Below are positions 45,478 to 53,723 of a stretch of 64,000 nucleotides of DNA, piece after piece. The DNA lies in contig JBBIGP010000004.1 of assembly GCA_037447475.1 (NCBI GenBank), forward strand, positions 7,713 through 71,712. The letters run 5' to 3'. Both the position numbers and the translations under genes were made by a program. The notes below the pieces were generated by a model that was given only the letters and a program-made list of their open reading frames with translations, searched no databases and was not told the origin of the DNA. The stretch's first letter is position 1. Each line of letters begins with the position of its first letter. This stretch comes from Candidatus Aminicenantes bacterium. GTDB taxonomy: Bacteria > Acidobacteriota > Aminicenantia > Aminicenantales > Saccharicenantaceae.

Positions 45478-46830
45478 GTGACGAAAGGACGGTGGACCGT
45501 GCGTTTCGGATCGTTCGTTGGTGTCATAGGGCTTGTGGGAATGTTTGTCGTTCTTGCCGGGGTTTCCGGCTGCAGGGGAGGCGGGCGGCCGGTCCCCTCC
45601 GAGGATGTCGCTGTGACGGTCAAGCCGGGCGTCGAGGTCTTCCTCGAGAGATATGTCGGGCTCGTGGAGGGCAAGCGCGTCGGCCTGATCACCAACCCGA
45701 CGGGAGTGGATGGGCGCCTGCGGTCGACGGTGGACCTGTTCGCCGGGAGCCCCGATATCGACCTGGTCGCGCTCTATGGCCCCGAACACGGCGTCAGGGG
45801 GAACGCGCAAGCCGGCGAATACGTGCCGTTCTACATCGACGACAAGTACGGTTTGCCCGTTTTCAGCCTCTACGGACAGTCGTTCAAGCCCCCGCCGGGC
45901 ATGCTCAAGGACATCGACGAGCACATGCGGTCGTTCGACACGGACATCGCCGGGAAGGTCCCCGAGAAAGCCATGGTCGAGAGCGTCGACGTCCTCGTCT
46001 TCGACGTCCAGGACGTGGGGACGAGGGTCTACACCTATATCGCCACCATGGCTTACGCGATGCAGGCGGCGGCCGAGAGCGGCATCGAGGTCATCGTCCT
46101 GGACCGCCCGAACCCCGTCAACGGCGTGGACATGGAGGGGCCGATCCTGGAGTATCCCGCATTCAGCTCGTTCGTCGGGCTCTATCCCGTCCCTGAGCGC
46201 TTCGGCATGACGATGGGCGAGCTGGCCCTGCTCTTCAACGACAGGTTCCTGGAGAAGAAGGCCCGTCTGACGGTCGTCGCCATGGAGGGCTGGAAGAGGC
46301 CGATGTGGTTCGACGATACGGGACTGCCCTGGATCATCCCTTCGCCCAACATGCCGACCCTCGACACGGCCACGGTCTATCCGGGCCAGGTCTATATCGA
46401 GGGGACGAACATGTCGGAAGGCCGGGGTACGACCCGGCCGTTCGAGCTGTTCGGAGCGCCTTGGATCGACGGCCACGAGCTGGCGAAAAGGCTCAACGGG
46501 CTCGGCTTGCCGGGCGTCGTCTTCCGGGAGACCTGGTTCACGCCGTGGTTCTCCAAGTTCCAAGGGCAGCTCTGCGGAGGCTGCCAGGTCCATGTCACGG
46601 ACAGGGAGGCATACCGGTCGTTCGGGACCGCGCTGCACGTCATCAAGACGGTCCGGGACATGTATCCGGACAAGTTCGCCTTCCATGCGGACTACTTCGA
46701 CAAGGTCATGGGGACGGACAAGGTCCGCCGGGCTCTCGAAGCGGGGGAGACCGTCCCAGCGATCCTCGAGAGACTGGAGCCCGGGCTGGCCGCCTTCGCC
46801 GCGCTCCGCCGCCCGTATCTGCTCTATTAG
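45478..46830 (+). CDS. DUF1343 family lipoprotein (NamZ-like exo-beta-N-acetylmuramidase family)
   Basis: Lipobox LAGVSGC. GLITNPTGVD, ALYGPEHG, VLVFDVQDVGTRVYTYI, IVLDRPNP and PSPNMPT are typical DUF1343 motifs. GTG start (45478, or 45499). Confidence 0.85.
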   Translation: MTKGRWTVRFGSFVGVIGLVGMFVVLAGVSGCRGGGRPVPSEDVAVTVKPGVEVFLERYVGLVEGKRVGLITNPTGVDGRLRSTVDLFAGSPDIDLVALYGPEHGVRGNAQAGEYVPFYIDDKYGLPVFSLYGQSFKPPPGMLKDIDEHMRSFDTDIAGKVPEKAMVESVDVLVFDVQDVGTRVYTYIATMAYAMQAAAESGIEVIVLDRPNPVNGVDMEGPILEYPAFSSFVGLYPVPERFGMTMGELALLFNDRFLEKKARLTVVAMEGWKRPMWFDDTGLPWIIPSPNMPTLDTATVYPGQVYIEGTNMSEGRGTTRPFELFGAPWIDGHELAKRLNGLGLPGVVFRETWFTPWFSKFQGQLCGGCQVHVTDREAYRSFGTALHVIKTVRDMYPDKFAFHADYFDKVMGTDKVRRALEAGETVPAILERLEPGLAAFAALRRPYLLY

Positions 46831-46925
46831 CAAGAAGGGGTCAAATCTCCACTCATTAAATTTTCAGCTGCCATGTCGTCGGGAAATCGAAAAATTTAAT
46901 GAGTGGAGATTTGACCCCCTCTTGT
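46831..46925. repeat. AT-rich long-stem hairpin element, copy 2
   Basis: Left arm CAAGAAGGGGTCAAATCTCCACTCATTAAATTTT. The right arm reverse-complements to CAAGAGGGGGTCAAATCTCCACTCATTAAATTTTT. About 33-bp stem with one mismatch and a 25-nt loop. Starts on the base after the DUF1343 stop. Confidence 0.75.
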
Positions 46926-46953
46926 TGCATCCTTGCCGCTGTTCCCATAAAAT
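46925..46953 (+). promoter_or_regulatory. Candidate sigma70 promoter (TTGCAT-N17-TAAAAT) for the glutamine-synthetase-family gene
   Basis: TTGCAT at 46925-46930 and TAAAAT at 46948-46953, directly after the hairpin element. AAAGGAGAG SD before ATG 47003. Confidence 0.45.
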
Positions 46954-47002
46954 GAATGCTCTTGCCTTACGGAGCCACAATCATAAAAAGGAGAGCGACG
47001 AG

Positions 47003-48574
47003 ATGGCGAACAAGACCCTTCACTACGCCCTGGTCAACCCGCTGTCCAAGTTCCTCGATAAGCCGGCCGCCGACTTCACCCGGGCCGACCTGCTCAGGGT
47101 CATCGAGGACCGGCAGATCGAGCGCATCACCTTCCACTACACGGCGGTCGACGGCAAGCTCAAGGAGCTCAAGATCCCGGTCGCCGGCCGGTCCCAGATC
47201 GAGGCCATCCTGGCCGAAGGCGAGCGGGCCGACGGCTCCTCGCTCTTCAAGGGCATGGTCGATATGGCTCTGTCGGACGTCTATATCGTGCCCCAGTACC
47301 GGTCGGCCTTTTTCAATCCGTTCGACGAGGGCAGCCTGGACTTCGTCTGCCGCTATCTGACCAAGGAGGGCGACCTCGCCCCGTTCACCCCGGACAACAT
47401 CCTGGCCCGGGCCGCTGCGATGTTCCGCCGGACGACCGGCCTCGAGTTCAACGCCCTGGGCGAGCTCGAGTTCTTCCTGCTCCTCGAGCCGTCGGACCGG
47501 AGGTACCCGGCCGAGCCTCAGCGCGGCTACCACGGCTCGTCTCCCTTCGTCCGCGGCGGCCCCATCCTCGACGAGATGCTGCGCCACATCGCCCGCGTCA
47601 CCGGGGCCGTCAAGTACGCCCACAGCGAGGTCGGCCTTGTGGACAGCCTGAAGAGCGACCTCGACGAGATCCGCGGCCGCCGGGCCGAGCAGATGGAGGT
47701 CGAGTACCTGCCCAAGCCCGTCGAGGACATGGCCGACGACCTGGTCATCGGCCGCTGGATCATCCGCAACACGGCCTACCGCCACAACGCGATCGCTACC
47801 TTCGCCCCCAAGCTCGAGGAAGGGGTGGCCGGCAGCGGCCTCCATTTCCATCTCGAGTTCACCAAGGACGGCCGCAACGTCATGGCCGGCCCCGACGGCA
47901 AGCTCACCGAGGCCGCCCGCAGGCTCGTCGGAGGCCTTTGCGAATACGCCGACTCGCTGACGGCTTTCGGCAACACGGTCTCTTCGGCCTACCTCCGCTT
48001 GGTCCCCCACCAGGAGGCCCCGACCCGCATCTGCTGGAGCGACCTCAACCGCAGCGCCCTCATCCGGGTGCCCCTCGGCTGGCACGGCCTCGGAAACCTG
48101 GCCCGGCGCGTCAATCCCCAAGAGACGGGGGAATTCGTCGACCCGCGCGGCGGCCGCCAGACCGTCGAGATCCGCAGCCCCGACGGCAGCGCCAACATCC
48201 ATCTGACCCTGGCCGGCATCTGCATGGCCGCCAACTGGGCTTTCGCCTCCGACCAGGACCTCCACAAGGACCATGGCCCTCTCGACCTCGCCGAGCGCCT
48301 CTACGTCAAGGGCAATATCTTCGCCGACAAGGAGCTCCTCAAGCGCCTGCCGACCCTGCCGTCGAGCTGTGTGGAATCGAGCCGCCTCCTCCTCAAGAAG
48401 CGGGCGCTTTACGAGCGCGACGGGATCTTCCCCCCGAGCGTCATCGACTGCGTCGCCCGCATGCTCCAGGCCGAGGACGACGAGGCCATGAACAAGAAGC
48501 TCGCCGGCCTGCCGGCCCACGAGCGGCTTCACGAGATCCGCAAGATCATGCACAAGGACCTCCACAAGCATTGA
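47003..48574 (+). CDS. Glutamine synthetase family protein
   Basis: Start ATG 47003 with strong SD. Beta-grasp N-domain (ITFHYTAVDGKLKELKIP) and catalytic domain (GELEFFLL, AFGNTVSSAYLRLVPHQEAP, ALIRVP). The track ORF extension from 46592 crosses the repeat and is spurious. Confidence 0.85.
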   Translation: MANKTLHYALVNPLSKFLDKPAADFTRADLLRVIEDRQIERITFHYTAVDGKLKELKIPVAGRSQIEAILAEGERADGSSLFKGMVDMALSDVYIVPQYRSAFFNPFDEGSLDFVCRYLTKEGDLAPFTPDNILARAAAMFRRTTGLEFNALGELEFFLLLEPSDRRYPAEPQRGYHGSSPFVRGGPILDEMLRHIARVTGAVKYAHSEVGLVDSLKSDLDEIRGRRAEQMEVEYLPKPVEDMADDLVIGRWIIRNTAYRHNAIATFAPKLEEGVAGSGLHFHLEFTKDGRNVMAGPDGKLTEAARRLVGGLCEYADSLTAFGNTVSSAYLRLVPHQEAPTRICWSDLNRSALIRVPLGWHGLGNLARRVNPQETGEFVDPRGGRQTVEIRSPDGSANIHLTLAGICMAANWAFASDQDLHKDHGPLDLAERLYVKGNIFADKELLKRLPTLPSSCVESSRLLLKKRALYERDGIFPPSVIDCVARMLQAEDDEAMNKKLAGLPAHERLHEIRKIMHKDLHKH

Positions 48575-48582
48575 CCCGCGAC

Positions 48583-49629
48583 ATGATGACCCCGCTCGAG
48601 CGTTGGCGGGCCGTACTCGAGGGCCGCAAGCCCGACCGCGTCCCCATGGACTACTGGGGCACCGAAGAAGCCACCCGCAACCTCATGCGCCACCTCGGCT
48701 GCCGGACCCGGCGCGAGGCCCTCCGCAGGCTCCGCGTCGACTACGAAGTGCGCGTCAAGCCGCGCTATATCGGCCCGCGCCTGCCCCGCATGACGGACGA
48801 GTTCGGCCGCCGCTTCCGGAAGGTCGACTACGGGACCGGCGCCTACCGGGAATGCATCCATTTTCCGCTGGCCGGCTTCCGGTCGGTCGCCGAAATCGAG
48901 CGCGGGTATATCTGGCCCTGCCCCGACTGGTGGGACTACTCCGATATCGCCGCCCAGGTCCGCGGCCACGAGGAGTATCCCATCCGCGGCGGAGGGTCGG
49001 AGCCGTTCCTCATCTACAAGGAGCTCCGGGGCCAGGAACAGGCCTTCGTCGACCTCATCGAGAACCCGGAGATCGTCCGCTATGGCCTGGGGAAGCTCTT
49101 CTATCTGGCCTACGAGAACACGGTCCGGATCTTCGAGCGCCTCCCCGGCCGGGTGACCATCTGCTACATCGCCGAGGACATGGGCGGCCAGACCGACATG
49201 ATGATCTCGGTCCGCCATGTCCGCGAATTCCTCCTGCCCGGCATGAAGCGGATGATCGACCTCGTCCACTCGGCGGGCGCCTACGTCTTCCACCACAACG
49301 ACGGCAGCTGCTGGCGCATCGTCCCCGACATGATCGCGCTCGGCATCGACATCCTCAATCCCCTCCAGTGGCGATGCCCCGGCATGGAACGTGAGCGGCT
49401 CAAGGCCGAGTTCGGCCCGAAGGTCGTCCTCCACGGGGGAGTGGACAATCAGTTCACGCTCCCGTTCGGAACGGTCGAGGACGTCCGCCGCGAGGTCGAG
49501 GACAACCTGCGCATCCTGGGCGCGGGCGGCGGCTACATCCTGGCCCCCTGCCACAACATCCAGGCCAACACCCCCCCGGAGAACGTCGTGGCCATGTACG
49601 AAGCCGGCCTCGAGCTCGGCCGGACCTAG
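48583..49629 (+). CDS. Uroporphyrinogen decarboxylase (URO-D) family protein / methyltransferase-like
   Basis: MMTPLERWRAVLEGRKPDRVPMDYW... and GGYILAPCHNIQANTPPENVVAMYEA are typical URO-D/MtaA-like termini. Confidence 0.75.
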   Translation: MMTPLERWRAVLEGRKPDRVPMDYWGTEEATRNLMRHLGCRTRREALRRLRVDYEVRVKPRYIGPRLPRMTDEFGRRFRKVDYGTGAYRECIHFPLAGFRSVAEIERGYIWPCPDWWDYSDIAAQVRGHEEYPIRGGGSEPFLIYKELRGQEQAFVDLIENPEIVRYGLGKLFYLAYENTVRIFERLPGRVTICYIAEDMGGQTDMMISVRHVREFLLPGMKRMIDLVHSAGAYVFHHNDGSCWRIVPDMIALGIDILNPLQWRCPGMERERLKAEFGPKVVLHGGVDNQFTLPFGTVEDVRREVEDNLRILGAGGGYILAPCHNIQANTPPENVVAMYEAGLELGRT

Positions 49630-49647
49630 GTCTTTTTCCGCAGAAGC

Positions 49648-51207
49648 TTAGTCTGCGCCGCCGGGCTTCAGTCCCCCGCGCTGGGCCTTGAACTCGGGGA
49701 TGAGGCGCTTCCACAGGGAATTGAACCGGTCTTGAAGTTCGGCGTAAGTCGCCGCGTTGGCCGGGTCGGTCACGGCCGCCAACTTGCCCAGCGAAACGCG
49801 TTCGTCGGTGATCTCGGCGATCGTCACTTTCTCGCCCTTCTCCCGGAGGAAGCACCAGATCGATTGGAGGGCCGCCCCGAAAGCGGCCGCCTCCTGTTCC
49901 TGGAGCGTGACGACCGGCGCGCCCAGGACGTCGGCCGCGATCTGCAGCCAGAGCCGGCTCTTGGCGCCGCCTCCCGTGGCCCGGATCTCGCTCGGCTCGA
50001 GCCCGAGCTTTCGCATCCTGGCCATCCCGTACCCGAGGTTGAGGATGGCCCCTTCCATGACGGCCCGGGCGATATGGGCCGCGTCGAAGCTCCGGCGGTC
50101 GAGTCCGAAAAGAACGGCGCACGCGAAGGGCAGCGCCGGGACCCGCTCGCCGTCGACGAACGGCAGGAAGAGAAGCCCGCCGGCCCCGGCCGGCGCCGAA
50201 CGGGCCAGGGCCTCGAGGCGGACGTTGTCGATCCTGAAGAGCGGCTTGACGAGCTCGGTCGTGTTGGTGACGTTCATCGTGCAGAGGAGCGGGAGCCAGC
50301 CCCCCGTGCTGTCGCAGAAGGATGCGATCTCGCCCCGGGGATCGACGAACGGCTTTGCGGAATACGAATAGACCGTCCCCGACGTCCCCAGGCTCAGCGT
50401 GCAGGCGCCGGGCTTGACATTGCCGCTGCCGACGGCGCCCATCATGTTGTCGCCGCCGCCGCCCGAGACGAGGACCTTGCCGAACCCGAAGCGGGCCGCA
50501 ACGCTCTTCTTTATCAGGCCCGCCGGCTCGGCCGGGTGGCTGAGGCGCGGGAGCTTGACGGCCAGGCCGGGATCGACGGTCCGGACGGCCTGCGGGCTCC
50601 ATCGTCGCCGCCGGACATCCATGAGACCGGTCCCCGACGCGTCGCCGTATTCCATATGGATGCGGCCGGTCAGGTGGTAGTTCAGATAATTGTGGGGCAG
50701 GAGAACGGCCGCGAGCTTCGCGAAGTTTTCAGGCTCGCGGCGCTTGAGCCAGAGGATCTTTGAGATCGTGTAGCCGACCGCCGGGGCGATGCCCAGCTTC
50801 TTGATCCAGCCTTTCGCCCCGCCGAGCCGGGCCAGCAGCTCCTCGGTCTCCTCGATGGTCGAGGTGTCGTTCCAGAGCTTGGCCGGCCGGATGGGCCGGC
50901 CCTTGCCGTCGAGCGGAACGAACCCATGCTGTTGCCCGGAAACGCCCAGCGAGACGACGCTCCGGGGCTCGACCCGGGACTCCCGGAGGGCCGCGGCCAG
51001 CGCCTTGTCCATGGCCCGGACCCAGGTCGCCGGGTCCTGCTCGCTGGCCCCCGGGCCGAGCCCGGCGATCATTTCGTGGGGCGCGTATCCGCGGCCGAGG
51101 ACGCGGCCCGAATCGAAGTCGACGACGAGGGCTTTCGTGCCTTGGGTGCCGGAATCGATGCCGACGGCGCATCTCGCGCTTTTCGCCCGCGACGGTATAT
51201 TTTTCAT
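49648..51207 (-). CDS. xylB: FGGY-family carbohydrate kinase (xylulokinase-like)
   Basis: Start ATG 51207 (CAVGIDSGTQGTKALVVD). SEQDPATW and GGGAKSRLWLQIAADVLG are FGGY C-terminal motifs. Confidence 0.8.
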   Translation of the reverse strand: MKNIPSRAKSARCAVGIDSGTQGTKALVVDFDSGRVLGRGYAPHEMIAGLGPGASEQDPATWVRAMDKALAAALRESRVEPRSVVSLGVSGQQHGFVPLDGKGRPIRPAKLWNDTSTIEETEELLARLGGAKGWIKKLGIAPAVGYTISKILWLKRREPENFAKLAAVLLPHNYLNYHLTGRIHMEYGDASGTGLMDVRRRRWSPQAVRTVDPGLAVKLPRLSHPAEPAGLIKKSVAARFGFGKVLVSGGGGDNMMGAVGSGNVKPGACTLSLGTSGTVYSYSAKPFVDPRGEIASFCDSTGGWLPLLCTMNVTNTTELVKPLFRIDNVRLEALARSAPAGAGGLLFLPFVDGERVPALPFACAVLFGLDRRSFDAAHIARAVMEGAILNLGYGMARMRKLGLEPSEIRATGGGAKSRLWLQIAADVLGAPVVTLQEQEAAAFGAALQSIWCFLREKGEKVTIAEITDERVSLGKLAAVTDPANAATYAELQDRFNSLWKRLIPEFKAQRGGLKPGGAD

Positions 51208-51401
51208 GCTCCCGCCTTTCGTCCGAGGAACACATCGTGATGAAGAATCGGCTTCATTGTAAGGAAGCCCGCGCGGAGGTGTCAACCGCGCTCGATATCA
51301 ATGGGCGGCAATCTCATAGCTTTGTCAGCGGCCGGACCTTGACATGCCATGAAGGGAGCCATAGAATGGCTCAACCCGAGCGTCGTGATAGCGAGAGACC
51401 G

Positions 51402-51965
51402 ATGAAGAGAACACACCTTAGGTTGTTGATCGCGGCGATCTTGGTCCTGACGGCCGGCAAAGCATGGGGGGCCGGGTTTTCGCTGACGCTCAAAGGCGGC
51501 TATTTCATGCCCGCCGACCAGGTATTCAAGGACGTCTACGGGAGCGGCCCCATCTTCGGGGCGGAGTTCGCGGCCCCGCTCGCCGGCGGCCTCCACGTCT
51601 GGACCGGGGCCGAGATCTTCACGAAGAAGGGCCTTCTCCCGGTGACCGAGGAGGAGACGAGCGCCCGCATCGTGCCCGTCTTCGCCGGGCTCCGCTATCA
51701 CGTCGGGTCCTCTTCCGTCCGGCCCTATCTCGGCGCCGCCGCCGGCTATTTCATGCTCCACGAGGAGAACCCCCTGGGCACGGCCAACGAGAGCGGCTTC
51801 GGGTTCCTCGTCCGCGGGGGCCTGCTCGTCAAGATCGCCGGCCCTCTCTCGCTCGACCTGCACGGGAATTATTCCGGGTGCACCATCAAGTCCGACGATC
51901 CCGACCCGCTCGAGGCCAAGATCGGCGGGCTCCAGGCCGGCGGCAGCCTGGTCATCCGGTTCTGA
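51402..51965 (+). CDS. Small outer-membrane beta-barrel protein (OmpW/OmpA-barrel-like)
   Basis: Signal peptide MKRTHLRLLIAAILVLTAGKAWG, alternating beta-strand pattern, C-terminal aromatic residue (VIRF). Confidence 0.65.
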   Translation: MKRTHLRLLIAAILVLTAGKAWGAGFSLTLKGGYFMPADQVFKDVYGSGPIFGAEFAAPLAGGLHVWTGAEIFTKKGLLPVTEEETSARIVPVFAGLRYHVGSSSVRPYLGAAAGYFMLHEENPLGTANESGFGFLVRGGLLVKIAGPLSLDLHGNYSGCTIKSDDPDPLEAKIGGLQAGGSLVIRF

Positions 51966-52041
51966 CCGGCCTCCGCCGCTTGAAAAACCGCGGCTGGCCC
52001 GCTACACTGGATTCCCACGGAACGAAGATCCTGGAGAAGCC

Positions 52042-52671
52042 ATGAGCACCGTCCTCAGATCCCTTGGCGCCGCCGCCGCCCTGTTCATGCTAACCGTCTC
52101 CTCCTTCGCCGTCCTCAGCCCGGGAGATACGCTCATCCCGTTCTCCCTGCTCGACGTCGACAACAGGGAATACACGGTCTTCCTGGAGGACGGCAGGCTG
52201 ACCCTGACCGTCTCCGAGACGGCGGTGGGCGGGACCCGGACTGTCAAGTCCTATCCGGACGCGGTCCTCGTCGATTTCTGGGCGACATGGTGCGTCCCTT
52301 GCCGCAAGGCCATGCCCCACCTGCAAAGCCTCTTCGAGAAGTTCGGGCCGGCCGAGGGCCAGGAAGAGGGCGGGCTGTGGGTCATCGGCATCGCCCTCGA
52401 CGACGCCGGCTCGAAGGTCGTCCGGCCGTTCTATCGCAAGCTCAAGATCACCTACCCCATCCTCGCCGACTCTTCCAAGGGGGGAGCCGCCGCCGGGACG
52501 GTCATCTCGGCCAAGGATATGATGAGCCGCTACAAGGTCCAGGAGATCCCCGTCGTCTATCTCATCGACGCCCGAGGCCGCATCACCCATGTCCATGTCG
52601 GGTTCAAGGAGGAGTTCGTCGCCGAGCTCGATCACGCCGTGATGGGTCTGGTCAAGGGCAAGACGCCATGA
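52042..52671 (+). CDS. TlpA/ResA-like periplasmic thiol:disulfide oxidoreductase
   Basis: Signal peptide and thioredoxin fold with FWATWCVPCRKAMPHL (CxxC). Confidence 0.85.
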   Translation: MSTVLRSLGAAAALFMLTVSSFAVLSPGDTLIPFSLLDVDNREYTVFLEDGRLTLTVSETAVGGTRTVKSYPDAVLVDFWATWCVPCRKAMPHLQSLFEKFGPAEGQEEGGLWVIGIALDDAGSKVVRPFYRKLKITYPILADSSKGGAAAGTVISAKDMMSRYKVQEIPVVYLIDARGRITHVHVGFKEEFVAELDHAVMGLVKGKTP

Positions 52672-52802
52672 AGCGCAAGCTCCCCTGGGTCCTGCTGGCG
52701 CTCTTTTCGGGGCTCATGGTCGCCGGTCTCCTGCTCGGCGAATACAAGGTCGTCTTGGAGAAGGCCGTCATGGTCTGTCTCGACTGCATCGGGATCGGAT
52801 GA
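52668..52802 (+). CDS. CD1871A-type small CXXC membrane protein
   Basis: 44 aa: MKRKLPWVLLALFSGLMVAGLLLGEYKVVLEKAVMVCLDCIGIG. One TM plus the C-terminal CLxCIGIG signature. ATGA overlaps on both sides. Confidence 0.6.
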   Translation: MKRKLPWVLLALFSGLMVAGLLLGEYKVVLEKAVMVCLDCIGIG

Positions 52803-53695
52803 AAAAGCCCAGGGACAGAAGAGCTTGGTACCAGGCGGCGAGCGCCCTGGCCATGAACGCCTGGCTCCCGGGCTGGCTCAAGGGCCGCATCTTCCAGGGC
52901 GGAATCAAGGGCGTCTGCGTCCCGGTCCTCAACTGCTACTCGTGCCCTTCGGCCCTCGGCGCGTGTCCCATCGGGGCCATGCAGACCTCGTTCGGAGGGC
53001 TGCGCTTCAACCTGTCGATCGCCGAGAAGAAGTTCGGGCTCTACGTCATCGGCTTCCTCGGCGCGGTCGGCGCTCTGGTCGGCCGGCTGCCCTGCGGTTG
53101 GCTCTGCCCCTTCGGCTTTTTCCAGGAGCTCGTCCACAAGATCCCCTCGCCCAAGGTCCGGATGCCGTCGTTCTTCTCCTATTTCCGGTACGTCTTCCTG
53201 GCCGTCTTCGTCGTCGCGCTGCCCCTCCTCGTCGTCGACGAGTTCGGCTTCGGGGAGACCTGGTTCTGCAAATGGATCTGCCCGGCCGGGACCCTCGAGG
53301 CCGGCCTGCCCCTCGTCGCCCTCAACGCCAACCTGCGGGCCCTCGTCGGCTTCATGTATTACTGGAAGGTCGGGCTGCTCGTCCTGTTCATGGCCGCCAT
53401 GGTCCTCGTCCGCAGGCCCTTCTGCCGGGCCGTCTGCCCGCTGGGCGCGATCCTCGGCCTGTTCAACAAGGCGAGCATCTTCCGGATGGCCGTGGACGAC
53501 GAGAAGTGCACGCGATGCGACCAGTGCCTGAAGGACTGCCCCGCCGGCATCCGGATCTACGAGTCGGCCGACACTCCGGATTGCGTCCGCTGCCTCAAGT
53601 GCGTCTCCTCGTGCAAGTACGGGGCCGTGAGCTACTCGTTCCTCAAGAAGCGCGAGGTCGCCGAGGACTTGAGGGCCGCCCGCGGCCGGGCCTGA
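52799..53695 (+). CDS. Membrane-bound 4Fe-4S polyferredoxin (NapH/MauN-like)
   Basis: CYSCPSALGACP, GWLCPFG, KWICPAG and RAVCPLG membrane Cys motifs, plus a C-terminal 2x[4Fe-4S] region (CTRCDQCLKDCP, CVRCLKCVSSC). Confidence 0.8.
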   Translation: MKKPRDRRAWYQAASALAMNAWLPGWLKGRIFQGGIKGVCVPVLNCYSCPSALGACPIGAMQTSFGGLRFNLSIAEKKFGLYVIGFLGAVGALVGRLPCGWLCPFGFFQELVHKIPSPKVRMPSFFSYFRYVFLAVFVVALPLLVVDEFGFGETWFCKWICPAGTLEAGLPLVALNANLRALVGFMYYWKVGLLVLFMAAMVLVRRPFCRAVCPLGAILGLFNKASIFRMAVDDEKCTRCDQCLKDCPAGIRIYESADTPDCVRCLKCVSSCKYGAVSYSFLKKREVAEDLRAARGRA

Positions 53696-53723
53696 GATCC
53701 GGGACTCTCCCCGCCCTTGGTCC

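Noticed and set aside
11647-46925. Genomic island bounded by a tRNA gene and two direct copies of the same ~90-nt element, 35 kb apart
   Set aside because: There is no integrase, excisionase, transposase or other mobility gene between the copies. The interval holds core genes (trmH, ispH, tRNA-Leu, sigma factors) with the same GC-rich composition as the flanks. The element is a palindrome rather than a tRNA-3'-end duplication.
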